A stretch of DNA of 64,000 nt from an uncultured Gammaproteobacteria bacterium (GTDB lineage: Bacteria > Patescibacteriota > Microgenomatia > PFEM01 > DATLAM01). Position numbers and translations under genes: made by a program. Shown here one piece after another: positions 38,988 to 49,500 of the stretch. The notes below the pieces were generated by a model that did not search any database, was not told the origin of the DNA, and saw only the letters and a program-made list of their open reading frames with translations. Positions within the stretch are counted from its first letter, which is position 1; each line of letters begins with the position of its first letter. The DNA is taken from assembly GCA_964566925.1 (NCBI GenBank), contig CAZMIZ010000001.1, positions 135,248 to 199,247 on the forward strand. The letters are read 5' to 3'.

Positions 38988-40213
38988 GAGAGTCCCAAAA
39001 CTATCGTCAATAATAATTGGGTTTGTTGGAGAGTTAGCCAGTAATGATCCACCATGCCTGTTAAGAAAATCGCTAGAAGAGAAATTGCCAGTTGCCAGTT
39101 GCCAGTTGCCAATAGTTTTTTAAAAGTTAAAATTAGAAGCCAAACAAAAATAACTAAACCAACTAGGCCGGTTTCGGCAAGAATTAAAAGGAAAATGTTG
39201 TGAACCGGCTGGAGAAAACGAATCGTTTCTGGTGCTGGCCAATAATAGGATAGCTGAGAGATAAAATTATTCAAACCAACGCCGGTCAGCAGTTGTGGTT
39301 GGACCATCAAGCTGGCCACTTTGGTTGATTGAAACCTTAAATTAAAAGTCTCTTCAGTTGAGAGTTTTGGACCCCAATAGAAAACTCCGCCAAGCAGGGT
39401 CAATAAGAAAACCAAAAAGATCCCCTGGCGAAATCTCTTCTTCTTTTTCCAGAGGCGAAGAACAACCAACAGAAGAATGATTAATAAGCCAACCACCCAG
39501 GTCGAACGAGAAAAGGAAATGGCGATTGCCGCTCCCCCGAAACCAATAGTCAACCATTTTAAAATCTTCCTGCTTGTTAATTCCCTTTTTGGCATTCCCA
39601 TTAAGGCTAGGGAAACCAGGATAAATCCAGCTAAAGCATTCGGGTGAGGAAAAGTAGCATAGGGCCTCATTAAGAGTTGGCCATTAACGATTGCCTTGGC
39701 AATTCCGGGAGTAGCAACGTTAAAGGTCCGCTCCCCCAACCACCAAAAAGAGCCGTTCAAAGATGATTGGTTAATGAATTGAGCTATTGCCAGAAAGGAG
39801 GTGTAAATAATCGGGAAGGGCAATATCTGGCGTAGAGCGGATGGCGTATAGCTATTTTTAGCAACATAAAGGCCCAGAAAGAAGAGCTCGATTATTTTAA
39901 TGAATTTATAAAGGGCGGCACCGGAATTCTGAGCTAAAAGCGAAGTGGTCAGCAAATAAAAAAGGATCGCTCCTACCCACCAAAATTTCCGAATTGTTAA
40001 TTGTAAATTGTTAATTGTCAGCTCGTTTAGCTTCTCTAAAAACCAGGAAACTAAAATTAATCCCACTAAAATATCCGTTAAGTAAAGGGTGGGTGAAAGA
40101 TAATCGATTTTTAATCCTAAAACGTAAGACCATTCTGGCCAGAAGTGACGTCCTAATTGAACAGGAAGAAGAATGATTAAAGCGTAAAAAAACGCTTGAT
40201 GAAGCTTTTTCAT
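38969..40213 (-). CDS. O-antigen ligase/polymerase-family membrane protein (Wzy_C domain)
   Basis: Polytopic, with an FSRSTWVVGLLIILLL-type O-antigen ligase core and a large periplasmic loop. Confidence 0.6.
   Translation of the reverse strand: MKKLHQAFFYALIILLPVQLGRHFWPEWSYVLGLKIDYLSPTLYLTDILVGLILVSWFLEKLNELTINNLQLTIRKFWWVGAILFYLLTTSLLAQNSGAALYKFIKIIELFFLGLYVAKNSYTPSALRQILPFPIIYTSFLAIAQFINQSSLNGSFWWLGERTFNVATPGIAKAIVNGQLLMRPYATFPHPNALAGFILVSLALMGMPKRELTSRKILKWLTIGFGGAAIAISFSRSTWVVGLLIILLLVVLRLWKKKKRFRQGIFLVFLLTLLGGVFYWGPKLSTEETFNLRFQSTKVASLMVQPQLLTGVGLNNFISQLSYYWPAPETIRFLQPVHNIFLLILAETGLVGLVIFVWLLILTFKKLLATGNWQLAISLLAIFLTGMVDHYWLTLQQTQLLLTIVLGLSWANRQ
39085..39111. repeat. heptanucleotide tandem repeat (TTGCCAG)x3.9 inside the O-antigen ligase-like CDS
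   Basis: Read directly. A second 13-14-bp repeat, aattgttaattgt x2, lies near 39990-40020 in the same gene. Confidence 0.85.
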
Positions 40214-40235
40214 TAATTCAATCCTCTTAAAATCC

Positions 40236-40649
40236 CTATTCTCCCACCACGACGATTTCTACTCGTCTTTGGCGACCCTCAAATAATTCCAGGAGAAAAA
40301 TCGATTGCCAGGTCCCCAGCTTCATTTTTCCGTTTTCAATTGGGAGCCAATGAGTGTGGCTGAGAAGTGAAACTATCTGATGGGCCCGAGCATTATCGAC
40401 TCCTTCGTAGCGATGAGCCCAAGGAAAATCATCAGGAAGAAGTTTTTTTAAGACGCCTTCAGTGTCTCTAAGGACGGCTTGATCATTCTCGTTGCAAATA
40501 ATAGTAGCAGTATTATGAGGCGAGCGAAGGAGAAGAAAACCTTGTTTAATCTTACTCTCGGTTATTGTTTTATCAATCTGGTTATCGATGACCACAAAAT
40601 CAAATGGGGCTCGGGTAGCCGCGGAAATTGTTTTCGAAAAAAACTTCAT
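40236..40649 (-). CDS. yjbQ: YjbQ/UPF0047 family protein (secondary thiamine-phosphate synthase-like)
   Basis: HNTATIICNEN ... GVDNARAHQIVS ... GTWQSIFLLE. Confidence 0.7.
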   Translation of the reverse strand: MKFFSKTISAATRAPFDFVVIDNQIDKTITESKIKQGFLLLRSPHNTATIICNENDQAVLRDTEGVLKKLLPDDFPWAHRYEGVDNARAHQIVSLLSHTHWLPIENGKMKLGTWQSIFLLELFEGRQRRVEIVVVGE

Positions 40650-40651
40650 TG

Positions 40652-41110
40652 TTAGCTTGCTTTAGGCTTCACCACTACCCGTCGGTCTCGACCCTCTCCC
40701 TCTGATTCGGTGATCACCTCAGAATCATTAACCAAAGATAGATGAATAATCCGCCGTTCAGAAGGAGACAAAAAAGGCAAAGCATAAGCTTCGCCTGAGA
40801 ATTTAACTCTTTTAGCGGCATTTAAAGCCATTGTTTGGAGGCGCTCTTGGCGTTGCTGACGGTAGTCCCCAACATCAACCAAAATTTTAGTCCACTCACC
40901 TAATTGTCGATAAGCAATCATTGATAAAATCAACTGAAGAGAGGCTAGGGTTCTACCATGATAGCCAATTAAAATCCCCTGGTCGTTTGATTCAAGGTTA
41001 ACATTAATCGCTCCTTCGTCCCCCTCCTCCACCTTGATTTTAGCCTTAATTCCTAGATGGCCAAAAAGCTCTTTGGTTATTTTCTCAATTAATTTTACTT
41101 TCCCCTTCAT
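40652..41110 (-). CDS. jag: KH/R3H RNA-binding protein Jag/KhpB
   Basis: C-terminal R3H (LSPSERRIIHLSL) and a position downstream of yidC. Confidence 0.75.
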   Translation of the reverse strand: MKGKVKLIEKITKELFGHLGIKAKIKVEEGDEGAINVNLESNDQGILIGYHGRTLASLQLILSMIAYRQLGEWTKILVDVGDYRQQRQERLQTMALNAAKRVKFSGEAYALPFLSPSERRIIHLSLVNDSEVITESEGEGRDRRVVVKPKAS

Positions 41111-41892
41111 TTTTTATTAATCAATGATTGCTGAACAGCGGTCAGAGCCGAAAAAACCAGCCAATAAAGCACCAGGCCTGACGGGAAACTAAAGCCGAAG
41201 AAAATGGTCATTAAAGGAAAAAGATAAATCATTTGGGTCTGCATCGCCGCCGCCATATCGTCAGCGGCTTCCGGTGTTTTTTTCGCCTCCTCCTGAGCTT
41301 TTTTAACCTGGGGCATCATCAACTTAGAAGAAAAAAACTGAACAGCGGCCGCTGCCAAAAGAAAAAAGCCAGGCAATCCAGGTAAAACTCCGCCCAAAAA
41401 GTTATCAGGTAAGGGGAAAATATCCGGCTTGGTTAAATCGAGATAAAAAAACCGGGTGTTGATTGCTGATTCTTGGGCAAAGCGCAGCGGAGAGTAAAGA
41501 ATCTCATTCAAACGGCTAATCGTCTCGCCATTAACAAACAAAACTTGCCGAAATGCCTGGAACAAAGCAATTAAAATGACTAATTGAATTATTTGAGGAA
41601 GACAGCCCGCCGCTGGGTTGGCACCGTGTTGACGATAAAGATCCATCTGCGCCTTAGTAAAAGCTTGCTTGTCATCTCCATGCCTTTTTTTTAAACGCTC
41701 GATCTCTGGGGCCAATTCCCGCATCTTTTTAGTGGCTTTCATTGAGGGGAGAGTTAAAGGAATCAATAAGCCGCGGATGACGGCTGTCAAAGCAATAATC
41801 GCCAGTCCTAAATTAGAAAACAGAAGCCGATAGAAAAAAATCAGGGCATTAACTAAGGGTTGATATAAGAGGATATGCCAAAGTTGAGCCAT
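41107..41892 (-). CDS. yidC: membrane protein insertase YidC (short Gram-positive type)
   Basis: GCLPQIIQLVILIALF and five TM helices. Gene context rnpA-yidD-yidC-jag. Confidence 0.85.
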   Translation of the reverse strand: MAQLWHILLYQPLVNALIFFYRLLFSNLGLAIIALTAVIRGLLIPLTLPSMKATKKMRELAPEIERLKKRHGDDKQAFTKAQMDLYRQHGANPAAGCLPQIIQLVILIALFQAFRQVLFVNGETISRLNEILYSPLRFAQESAINTRFFYLDLTKPDIFPLPDNFLGGVLPGLPGFFLLAAAAVQFFSSKLMMPQVKKAQEEAKKTPEAADDMAAAMQTQMIYLFPLMTIFFGFSFPSGLVLYWLVFSALTAVQQSLINKK

Positions 41893-41893
41893 T

Positions 41894-42130
41894 TTATTTT
41901 AGAGGATCGTTCCCTCCTTCTGCCCAAGGATGACAACGGAGGATTCGACCCAAACCTTTCCAACCTCCCAAAATTATACCATAGCGCTCGATGGCTTGAT
42001 AAGTGTACTCTGAACAGGTTGGTCTGAATCGACAAGCGGCGTCCGTCAAAAACAAGAATTTAAGAATTTTGGAACGAAAAAGGAAAGACTGCTGATAAAG
42101 CCGAATCATCTTTAAAACAAGCCTTCTCAT
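41894..42130 (-). CDS. yidD: membrane protein insertion efficiency factor YidD
   Basis: [19 protein letters not shown]. Confidence 0.85.
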   Translation of the reverse strand: MRRLVLKMIRLYQQSFLFRSKILKFLFLTDAACRFRPTCSEYTYQAIERYGIILGGWKGLGRILRCHPWAEGGNDPLK

Positions 42131-42468
42131 ATTAAACTCGCTTTTTTAAAGATTCGTTCGGTAGATTCCTTTATTTCACTTAATTCTTTGCCAATAATCC
42201 TTTTCTTAACCAAAAAAACACTGTCAAAACCAGGCTTTAATTTTGGTAAAAGGGAACGAATCGCCTCGGTCAAGAGCCGATGGGCACGATTCCTTTTAAC
42301 GGCTCTTTTATGAATTTTCGCTGAAATAATAAAGCCAAAGCGCGAAGGCTGATAATCGCCTCTCTTTCTAACCAACAAGGAAAAGAGTTTTCCTTGAAAA
42401 AGCCTACCTCTTTTTTTAACCTGGGTTAAATCAGTTCTCAGGGGGAGTCTGTGTCGTTTTGATAACAT
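42127..42468 (-). CDS. rnpA: ribonuclease P protein component
   Basis: [18 protein letters not shown] ... [24 protein letters not shown]. Confidence 0.85.
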   Translation of the reverse strand: MLSKRHRLPLRTDLTQVKKRGRLFQGKLFSLLVRKRGDYQPSRFGFIISAKIHKRAVKRNRAHRLLTEAIRSLLPKLKPGFDSVFLVKKRIIGKELSEIKESTERIFKKASLI

Positions 42469-42606
42469 CTAAATACCAAGACGAGAACGTCCTTTGGCGC
42501 GCCGCCTTTTAATCGTTTTCCTCCCAGAAGAGGTCTGCATCCGTTTACGAAACCCATGGGTGCGAACTCTTTTTTTCTTTTTAGGTTGGTAGGTTCTTTT
42601 AGGCAT
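42469..42606 (-). CDS. rpmH: 50S ribosomal protein L34
   Basis: Not in the ORF track. Manual translation gives [45 protein letters not shown] (45 aa), ending one base before the rnpA start. Confidence 0.9.
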   Translation of the reverse strand: MPKRTYQPKKKKRVRTHGFRKRMQTSSGRKTIKRRRAKGRSRLGI

Positions 42607-42664
42607 AGTCTTAGGATACTAGGAATAAAAGGGAAAAACAAGCCCCTTTTAGTACTTGACTTAT

Positions 42665-42673
42665 TGTGGATAA
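42665..42673 (-). promoter_or_regulatory. perfect DnaA box (TTATCCACA) in the dnaA promoter region
   Basis: tgtggataa read directly. It sits within the spacer of a TTGACT-N17-TTAAAT promoter-like pair at 42651-42679. Confidence 0.6.
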
Positions 42674-42737
42674 CTTTGTTAAATTGTCATTGGAGTCTTC
42701 TGCCCTCAACCTGCGTTTAGTTTATTATTCAACAATC

Positions 42738-44111
42738 ATGGACAAAAAAGCTCTATGGCAAACCGTACTTGAGAGTTTGAAAATATCCCTTTCTTCGGCT
42801 AACTTCGCGACCTGGTTCCCCCAAACTTTTATTATCCAAATTAAAAAAGTTGACCGAAGCCGGCAAATTGTGGAGATTGGGTGCCCTTCCAGCTTTGTTC
42901 GCGACACAATTGAAAACCGCTATTATGGTCAAATTAAGGAAAGCCTGGATCAAACGACTAAGAAAAAATGCGATTTGGTTTTTACTGTCAAAGCCCAAAA
43001 AAACAAAAAGTCAAAAGAAAAGGGAGGTAAAAAAGAGCCGCTTTTTGAACAAAAGAGAGAGGTCTCTGATTCTGAAGAATCAATTAGAAAAGCTGGTTTA
43101 AAACCTGATTTCAGCTTTGACACTTTTGCTGTTTCTTCCACCAATCAAATGGCCCATGCCGCTGCTTTAGCGGTGGCTAAAACGCCTGGAAAGGCTTACA
43201 ACCCCCTTTTCCTTTACGGCGGGGTAGGTGTAGGCAAAACCCACCTCGCCCAAGCCATTGCCCGAACCATTCTTTCTCGTAATCCTAGGGCTCGGATAAT
43301 TTATTGTATGGGCGAAGAATTTACTAACGAAATTGTTGATGCTATCCGTCAAAAAACAACTAAGGAATTCAAAGACAGGTATCGCTCAGCCCGAGTTCTC
43401 TTAATTGATGACATCCAGTTTATTGCCGGCAAAAACACAGTCCAAGAAGAGTTCTTTCACACTTTTAATGCTGTTTGGCGGGCCGGCGGCCAGATCGTTC
43501 TCACCTCTGACCGGCGACCTGACGAGATCAATCAACTTGAAGATCGACTTCGCTCCCGATTTGAAGGCGGTTTGACAATTGATATCCAACAGCCAAATTT
43601 CGAACTCCGGACCGCGATTTTATTGATCAAAGCCCAACAGCATAAAAAAGAGCTTCCCATGGATGTTGCTCAGTTAGTCGCCGGCAATATCACTTCTACC
43701 CGAAGGTTAGAGGGTTTTTTGATTAGGCTTCTTACTGAAGCGGAAACAAAAAACGAGCCTCTAACGCCAGAGCTGGTCTCCGCTTTATTAGGTCAAACCA
43801 ACCAAAACTCTATTCCCAGGCGCTTAGTTAAACCAAGAGAAATGCTAAAAGCGGTCGCCTATCATTACAGTCTAAAACCGACTCAACTAACCGGACCCCA
43901 ACGATCGAAACCAATCGTTGTTCCTCGTCAAATCCTAATGTATCTCTTACGAACCGAGCTGAAATTACCTTTAATGGACATTGGCCATCTTTTAGGGGAT
44001 AGAGACCATACCACAATTATGCACGGGGTAGATAAAATTACCAATCTATTACCTAGTTCTGAAGATTTACGGGTGGATATTGCGGGGATAAAACAAAAAC
44101 TTTATGGATAG
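42738..44111 (+). CDS. dnaA: chromosomal replication initiator DnaA
   Basis: Start at MDKKALWQTVLESLK (the track ORF begins at 42666). Walker A GGVGVGKTHL. C-terminal DnaA-box-binding helix-turn-helix. Confidence 0.9.
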   Translation: MDKKALWQTVLESLKISLSSANFATWFPQTFIIQIKKVDRSRQIVEIGCPSSFVRDTIENRYYGQIKESLDQTTKKKCDLVFTVKAQKNKKSKEKGGKKEPLFEQKREVSDSEESIRKAGLKPDFSFDTFAVSSTNQMAHAAALAVAKTPGKAYNPLFLYGGVGVGKTHLAQAIARTILSRNPRARIIYCMGEEFTNEIVDAIRQKTTKEFKDRYRSARVLLIDDIQFIAGKNTVQEEFFHTFNAVWRAGGQIVLTSDRRPDEINQLEDRLRSRFEGGLTIDIQQPNFELRTAILLIKAQQHKKELPMDVAQLVAGNITSTRRLEGFLIRLLTEAETKNEPLTPELVSALLGQTNQNSIPRRLVKPREMLKAVAYHYSLKPTQLTGPQRSKPIVVPRQILMYLLRTELKLPLMDIGHLLGDRDHTTIMHGVDKITNLLPSSEDLRVDIAGIKQKLYG

Positions 44112-44314
44112 GTTAGAACAAAGTAAAGAGGGTTTTAAACTTATCCACAAAAAGATGAAAATTATCAACCGATTTTTAGACAAAAATAAAATACGAAAAT
44201 CAAACTTAGCCGATTTAATTATTGCACTTATCCACAAGACTACTACCACTACTATAAATAACTATTTTAACGATTGCGGGTTGAGGATAAATAGTTTAGA
44301 ATAAAGGAGAGTCA
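44112..44314. other. oriC candidate (dnaA-dnaN intergenic)
   Basis: Perfect DnaA boxes TTATCCACA at 44141-44149 and 44228-44236, near-boxes at 44162 and 44282, and an A/T-rich candidate unwinding region (aaaaataaaatacgaaaatcaaac). The 66-aa track ORF here is likely spurious. Confidence 0.6.
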
Positions 44315-45439
44315 ATGAAACTTTCAATCCTCCAAGAAAATCTTGCCCATGGTTTGTCAATTGTTAGCCGATCGGTGGCTACCAGGGCTCAATTGCCAGT
44401 TTTAAGTAATGTTTTACTAGCTACAGATAAAGGCAGGTTAAAACTTTCAGCAACCAACCTGGAAACCGGGGTTAATCTTTGGTTGGGGGCAAAGGTTGGC
44501 AAAGAAGGCGCCCTTTCAGTCCCTGCTAAAATTTTAACTGAATTTGTTACTTCGCTCCCAGCTGGGAAAATTGAAATAAAGGCTCAAGAGAATAATCTCC
44601 ACCTGGTTAGTGGAACTTACGAAGCCAGTTTTGTCGGCATGGCCGCCAGTGAATTTCCCACCATTCCCAGTCTAAAAAAGAAAGCTGATTTGCAGTTTTC
44701 TAGTTCTCTTTTAGCCTCGGCAATTAACGAAGTGGCTTTTGCCGCTGCTCAAGATGAGGGGAGGCCGGTTCTCGCCGGGGTTCTTTTAAAAAGCCAGGAT
44801 AAAAAGCTAGTTTTAGTAGCCACAGACGGCTACCGATTAAGCATAAAGAAAATTAAAGAGACAAAAGGAGTTGACCGAATTAAAGACCTAAAGAAAGGCC
44901 TAGTTTTACCCGCCCGAACCCTTTTGGAAGTAGCCAGGGTTGTGGCTGAAAAAGAAGAGGAAAGTCTAGGCGTAAGTGTGGCTCCCGAAGCGAGTCAATT
45001 AATTTTTACCACCAGTGAAATAGAAATTGTTTCTAGATTGATTGAAGGCAATTTCCCAGATTTTGAAAAAATTATCCCCGGTAAAGGGAAAACCAAGGTT
45101 GTCCTTGACCGAGAAGAACTGACTCGGGCGGTGCGGATGGCCGCGATTTTTGCCAGGGAGTCAGCGAATATCGTTAGATTTCAAATTTCTGGAAACAGTC
45201 TTCAGATCAGCGCCAATACGGCCCAAGTGGGTGATAACCAGAGCGTGCTTGAAGCCAAGGTTGAAGGGGAGAAGAGTGAAATCGCTTTTAATTCCCGCTA
45301 TCTTTTAGATTTTTTAAATATTGTCAATTCAGACCAAATTGTCTTTGAGACGAGTGGGGCGCTTAACCCTGGGGCCTTCCGGCCAGTAGGTGAATCTTCC
45401 TATCTTCATATTATTATGCCTGTTCGGGTTCAGAAATAG
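44315..45439 (+). CDS. dnaN: DNA polymerase III beta sliding clamp
   Basis: MKLSILQENLAHGLSIVSRSVATRAQLPVLSNVLL. Confidence 0.9.
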   Translation: MKLSILQENLAHGLSIVSRSVATRAQLPVLSNVLLATDKGRLKLSATNLETGVNLWLGAKVGKEGALSVPAKILTEFVTSLPAGKIEIKAQENNLHLVSGTYEASFVGMAASEFPTIPSLKKKADLQFSSSLLASAINEVAFAAAQDEGRPVLAGVLLKSQDKKLVLVATDGYRLSIKKIKETKGVDRIKDLKKGLVLPARTLLEVARVVAEKEEESLGVSVAPEASQLIFTTSEIEIVSRLIEGNFPDFEKIIPGKGKTKVVLDREELTRAVRMAAIFARESANIVRFQISGNSLQISANTAQVGDNQSVLEAKVEGEKSEIAFNSRYLLDFLNIVNSDQIVFETSGALNPGAFRPVGESSYLHIIMPVRVQK

Positions 45440-45440
45440 C

Positions 45441-46517
45441 TTATTCAATCTTAAATTTAGAAGCGGGTGTAGGGCTGATTTGAATAAGCCATTCAGAGGA
45501 GATCGCTGGTAAGTAAAGCGAAACCTCTAAAAGAGTGTCATCTTCAAGGGTGGCTGTTCCTGAGAAAAGATAGAGGGGTTGGAAGTAGGCCTGTTTTTCA
45601 ACACTTTCATAGTAAACGAGTTTGACTGAGGTTAAATTAACCGTTTTTATAGGGTTATTCGGGGCGACGTTTGTTTCCACGCCATCTTGAGTTTTGGCAT
45701 TTAAAATCTGACCTTGGCCATTTTGGACCTCACCCAAGACCACATTCGCCGTCTTTACCGGATAGGTACCTATCTTTTCTTGGTCAAGCTGGCGGAGGAA
45801 ATAATTCAGTTTTATTAACTGACCTTCTTTAGTTACCCAAACCAAGACAACATCTTGAGCCGGGCCAAAACCAATCAAAGGGTAGCCGTCAATCGCTAAA
45901 GAAAAAACAAATTCATAGAGGGTAGCCAAATTGGGGTTGGTTACTGGTTCAAGTTCCATTCCAGTCATGGCGAAATAATTAATTGAGGTAGTAACATCTT
46001 TCTGAGTCAATTCCCAGCTGGCGAGTTTTTCCTTAATTAAACTTTCTGCCTCCTGAGGAGTGATTTCACCAAGAGCCAAAGGGAAGCTACCTTTGAGAAT
46101 AAACTGGCCTGTTTGGGAATCGACCTTAAGGTAATTATCTCCCTCTTGCCAAATGTAATAAGTAAAATCGCCGCTGGCCTGGATCGTGGGTTCGCTAGAA
46201 AAGCCGATTTCGGTGGCGAGCTTAGCAAAGCGATTAACGATCTCTTGGTCTGAGAGCACCTTTACTTGATAAACGCTTAACTGTTGAGGAAATTCATTAA
46301 AAGCCCCCTGAGGAAGAGAAAATTGAAAACTGATTTCCTCTTTGGTTTTAAGCTTATATTCGGTTTCCGGAGCAGGCAAAGGGCCAAAAACCGGGTTGGT
46401 GGGCGGCTCTTTGGTGGTCTGCCGCCAGATTAAAAGAAAGCCCAGGATGGGAATTAAAGCCGCTAAGAGGATAAAGATTTTATATTGACTGATGATCGTT
46501 TTCAACTTTTTTATCAT
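45441..46517 (-). CDS. single-pass membrane protein with extracytoplasmic domain (hypothetical, last gene of the T4SS-like operon)
   Basis: 358-aa ORF with an N-terminal TM helix. Confidence 0.45.
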   Translation of the reverse strand: MIKKLKTIISQYKIFILLAALIPILGFLLIWRQTTKEPPTNPVFGPLPAPETEYKLKTKEEISFQFSLPQGAFNEFPQQLSVYQVKVLSDQEIVNRFAKLATEIGFSSEPTIQASGDFTYYIWQEGDNYLKVDSQTGQFILKGSFPLALGEITPQEAESLIKEKLASWELTQKDVTTSINYFAMTGMELEPVTNPNLATLYEFVFSLAIDGYPLIGFGPAQDVVLVWVTKEGQLIKLNYFLRQLDQEKIGTYPVKTANVVLGEVQNGQGQILNAKTQDGVETNVAPNNPIKTVNLTSVKLVYYESVEKQAYFQPLYLFSGTATLEDDTLLEVSLYLPAISSEWLIQISPTPASKFKIE

Positions 46518-46532
46518 TCCCTTTTCCTTTTG

Positions 46533-49500
46533 TTAAAGGATTGGTGAGCCACTACAATCGCCATACGATTTAAAGAGACATTTTTGAGGGCAACCAGGTA
46601 AATAATTACAAGGATCCTCGGGACTGCCAAGAAAACAAGAAATCGTCCCGCAACTACTGACGCCAAAATGGAGATGGGTACCAGTTGAACGGCCTGAATC
46701 ATCCATGATCCCAATTATATCACTCGAAGAAACCTCGTCACCCTCGTTTTTAGGGAAATTGCAGCGGAACTCGTCTTCTAGATGGCCATAAAGGGTATAA
46801 AGATTCTCACGATGCTGGATAATCACGTAACAGCCATAGCCAGAATGGTACCCTTGTTGGGCAATGACCCCTCGAGTAGCCGGGTGGATATCCGTGCAAC
46901 CATCTGGGGGGATGTCAATTCCTTCATGAAATTCACATTCGTGGGGCGGGAGAGGATCAGCCCGCCAGCCGTAATTACTGGAACAATCATGATAACAAGT
47001 GGGCCAGCCAAAGATCCAGGTTTCGCCAGCGGCATTAATACAAACTGGAGGAGAGGAGGAAGAAAGGTTTTTCCCTGATTGGGTTGTACCCATAACAGTT
47101 AAATTATCACAAAGCATCTCTTCCCCTTGGAGATAGTTACTTAGAGGCGGATCTCTGAGGGCCAAATGGATGGTAATGGTTTGACTGCCACCCGGGCTTA
47201 AGGGGCCAAGTTGAGAACACTCTTCTTGGGTCCAGGCGAAGGTATTGGAAACATGAGTACTAGATGGTTGTTGGGTAGGGTCACACGGAGAAAAAGTTGA
47301 GGTGTCTGGGTCGTAGAGCATGATGAGGGAAACGAACCCGGGTTCTTCAAAACGATCAAAGACCTGGATGTTCCCCAGTAAACCGGCTGCTTCATCCTCA
47401 GGATTATAAGAGTAGGTTAAAGTGTAATCAAGGGCGATGATTTCTCCGTTCTGATCAAAGACAGGCGTGACTGTTTTTTCGATCGGTAATTCCGGCGAAA
47501 TAACATGAGATCTAATTGCCTGCTCTACAAAAAAGGCGCTGGTTATGACATAAAGAGTGAATACGGAAAGGAGAGCTAAAAGCCCAATGCCTGCTAGAGT
47601 GAGAATTGAGGCAGAGGTAATTGTCGCGACAATCATAGGAATAGTTTCGTAGAGCCAGTAAGCGACTGCGTCGGGAATAATAAAATTAATGGCGCTAATT
47701 AAACCAGCTTTTAGGGTGGGCCACCACAGAGGTCTGGTGAGGAAGGCGACGTCAATTAAAGTAAATTGGCCTAAATAAAGCGGCCCGGAAAACCAATTCT
47801 GAAGGGCGATTAGGGGTGGCGTGCCAGAGAGAAGATCCATAATTAAAGGGCTGGTTGTGACTATAGGGAAAAGCCAGGGAATAAATCTGCCTAAAAGGGC
47901 AGGGATCCGTCCTAGTTTAGCCAGAAGATTAAGAAATCTAAGAAAGCCTGGGATTTTGCTTAAACCAGTCCTGGCAAAAGGCCACCACCATTCTCGAGTA
48001 GCCCAAGCCCATTGGGCTAGGGCCGGGATGGGAATAGCCCAAAGAGGAATTAAGCCAGCCGTATAGAGAACATAGCCAAGAGCAAGGCCTTTGATGGGGA
48101 AGCGCGCATAAGGATGCTCAGTTAACCAAATAGCTGGTTTACCCACGATGCGCCGAATCCATTTACTGGTAAAATGAGTTGAAGGTTCTCGGAGCCAGGC
48201 AAGCCATCGATCATTTTTGCCAATATCCAGCCAAAATTGATAGAAGTGGCCACTTCCCCCACCAAGAATGATTCCTAGCTGGGGAAACCCAATCATTTCG
48301 CCAACAGCATAACCCAAGACTGTACCAGAAAGAGTATTGAAACTGAAAAAACTCCGAGCGAATTGACCACTAAAGCTAACGGTCATCCGCAGGCCCCTAA
48401 TGGCTGGTGCACCCAAAAATCTTTTTCCAAAAGAGGTTTCGGTTAAGCTTGTCCAAACTTTAGCAAGTTGGCCAAAAGCAAGCCTTTGGGTTAACCGGGC
48501 CACCGTACCCACAGTTAAATCAAGGCCGAGTTTAAGAAGAAGGACTAGGGGACTCCGATCCCAATCTTGTTCCCGCCGCCGGAAAGCCCGACTTAAGCCA
48601 AACCAGAATCTTTTCATAAAAAGACTTTTTGATTTTTGGCTACGGCCGAAGAAATAGTTAGCCCCTCGGCGGAAGGGGGCGGAGCTCGATTGTCCCAACC
48701 AAGCTAAAGGGCTGAAAACTGGTTTCGATTTTCCTGGAGCGTAGAACGCCTCTTTATAGAGGCCCAAACGACCACCAAGACGTCTTTTAACGGCTGTCCA
48801 AAACCGATAGTTAAGTTCAGGAGTGATGTAAATTTTACGAAGAAGCTCACCTTTTTTGAAAGTGTAATCAATGTATTTCAGATGAGCCCATTTTGCTCCT
48901 GGGACTAAAGCTTCCAGTGCTCCTCTAATTGGGTCGATGACGGTCAGGGAGATGGTCCCTCCAATAGGGTTGGTGGCGAAGTATTCGATTTGATTCTTTA
49001 AATAGATTGCTTCTGCGCCAAAGGGGCCCTTTAACGCCTGAATCGTTTGATTAATTGCCCCTTCTTCAGTAGGAATAGCCCAATAAGTAGTTTCCCTTTC
49101 CGGGTGGCCTAAGGGACGGACCTGTATTCGGGGGAGATTATTTTCGTCGACATCAAGAAAAACCTCTTTTGGCAAATTGGGAACCAAAGATTGAAGAAGA
49201 CGACGGTTGATCGGAATGACGGGATTAAGGTAGCGCGAGCCATGACTGAGAAGACTTTTCTTGATCTGGCCGATAAGCTTTGCTCTCTCGTTAGGAGTAA
49301 GGTTAAGAGGTTTAAAAATTTTTTTAACCGCATCTTCAACTCCACTTGCTTCCTCAAAAAGACGAATGGTTAAATCTTCGGCTGTTTTTTGAGCTTCAGT
49401 CTGGGCGGCAGCCATGCTACCTGTTTTTCCTAAAGTTTCGGTGTGCGTTTTATAGAACTGATCATTAACTCTTTGAGCATAATTTCTCCCTAATTTGATG

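Noticed and set aside
9507-39111. CRISPR array hypothesis for the short tandem repeats
   Set aside because: The units are 7 bp, contiguous, lack spacers, and lie inside coding sequences. They are simple microsatellites.
42438-42641. 67-aa minus-strand ORF from the track
   Set aside because: It is in the wrong frame. The same DNA encodes a perfect 45-aa L34 (rpmH) in another frame.
44104-44304. 66-aa ORF between dnaA and dnaN
   Set aside because: It sits in the AT-rich, DnaA-box-containing spacer and is more plausibly non-coding oriC.
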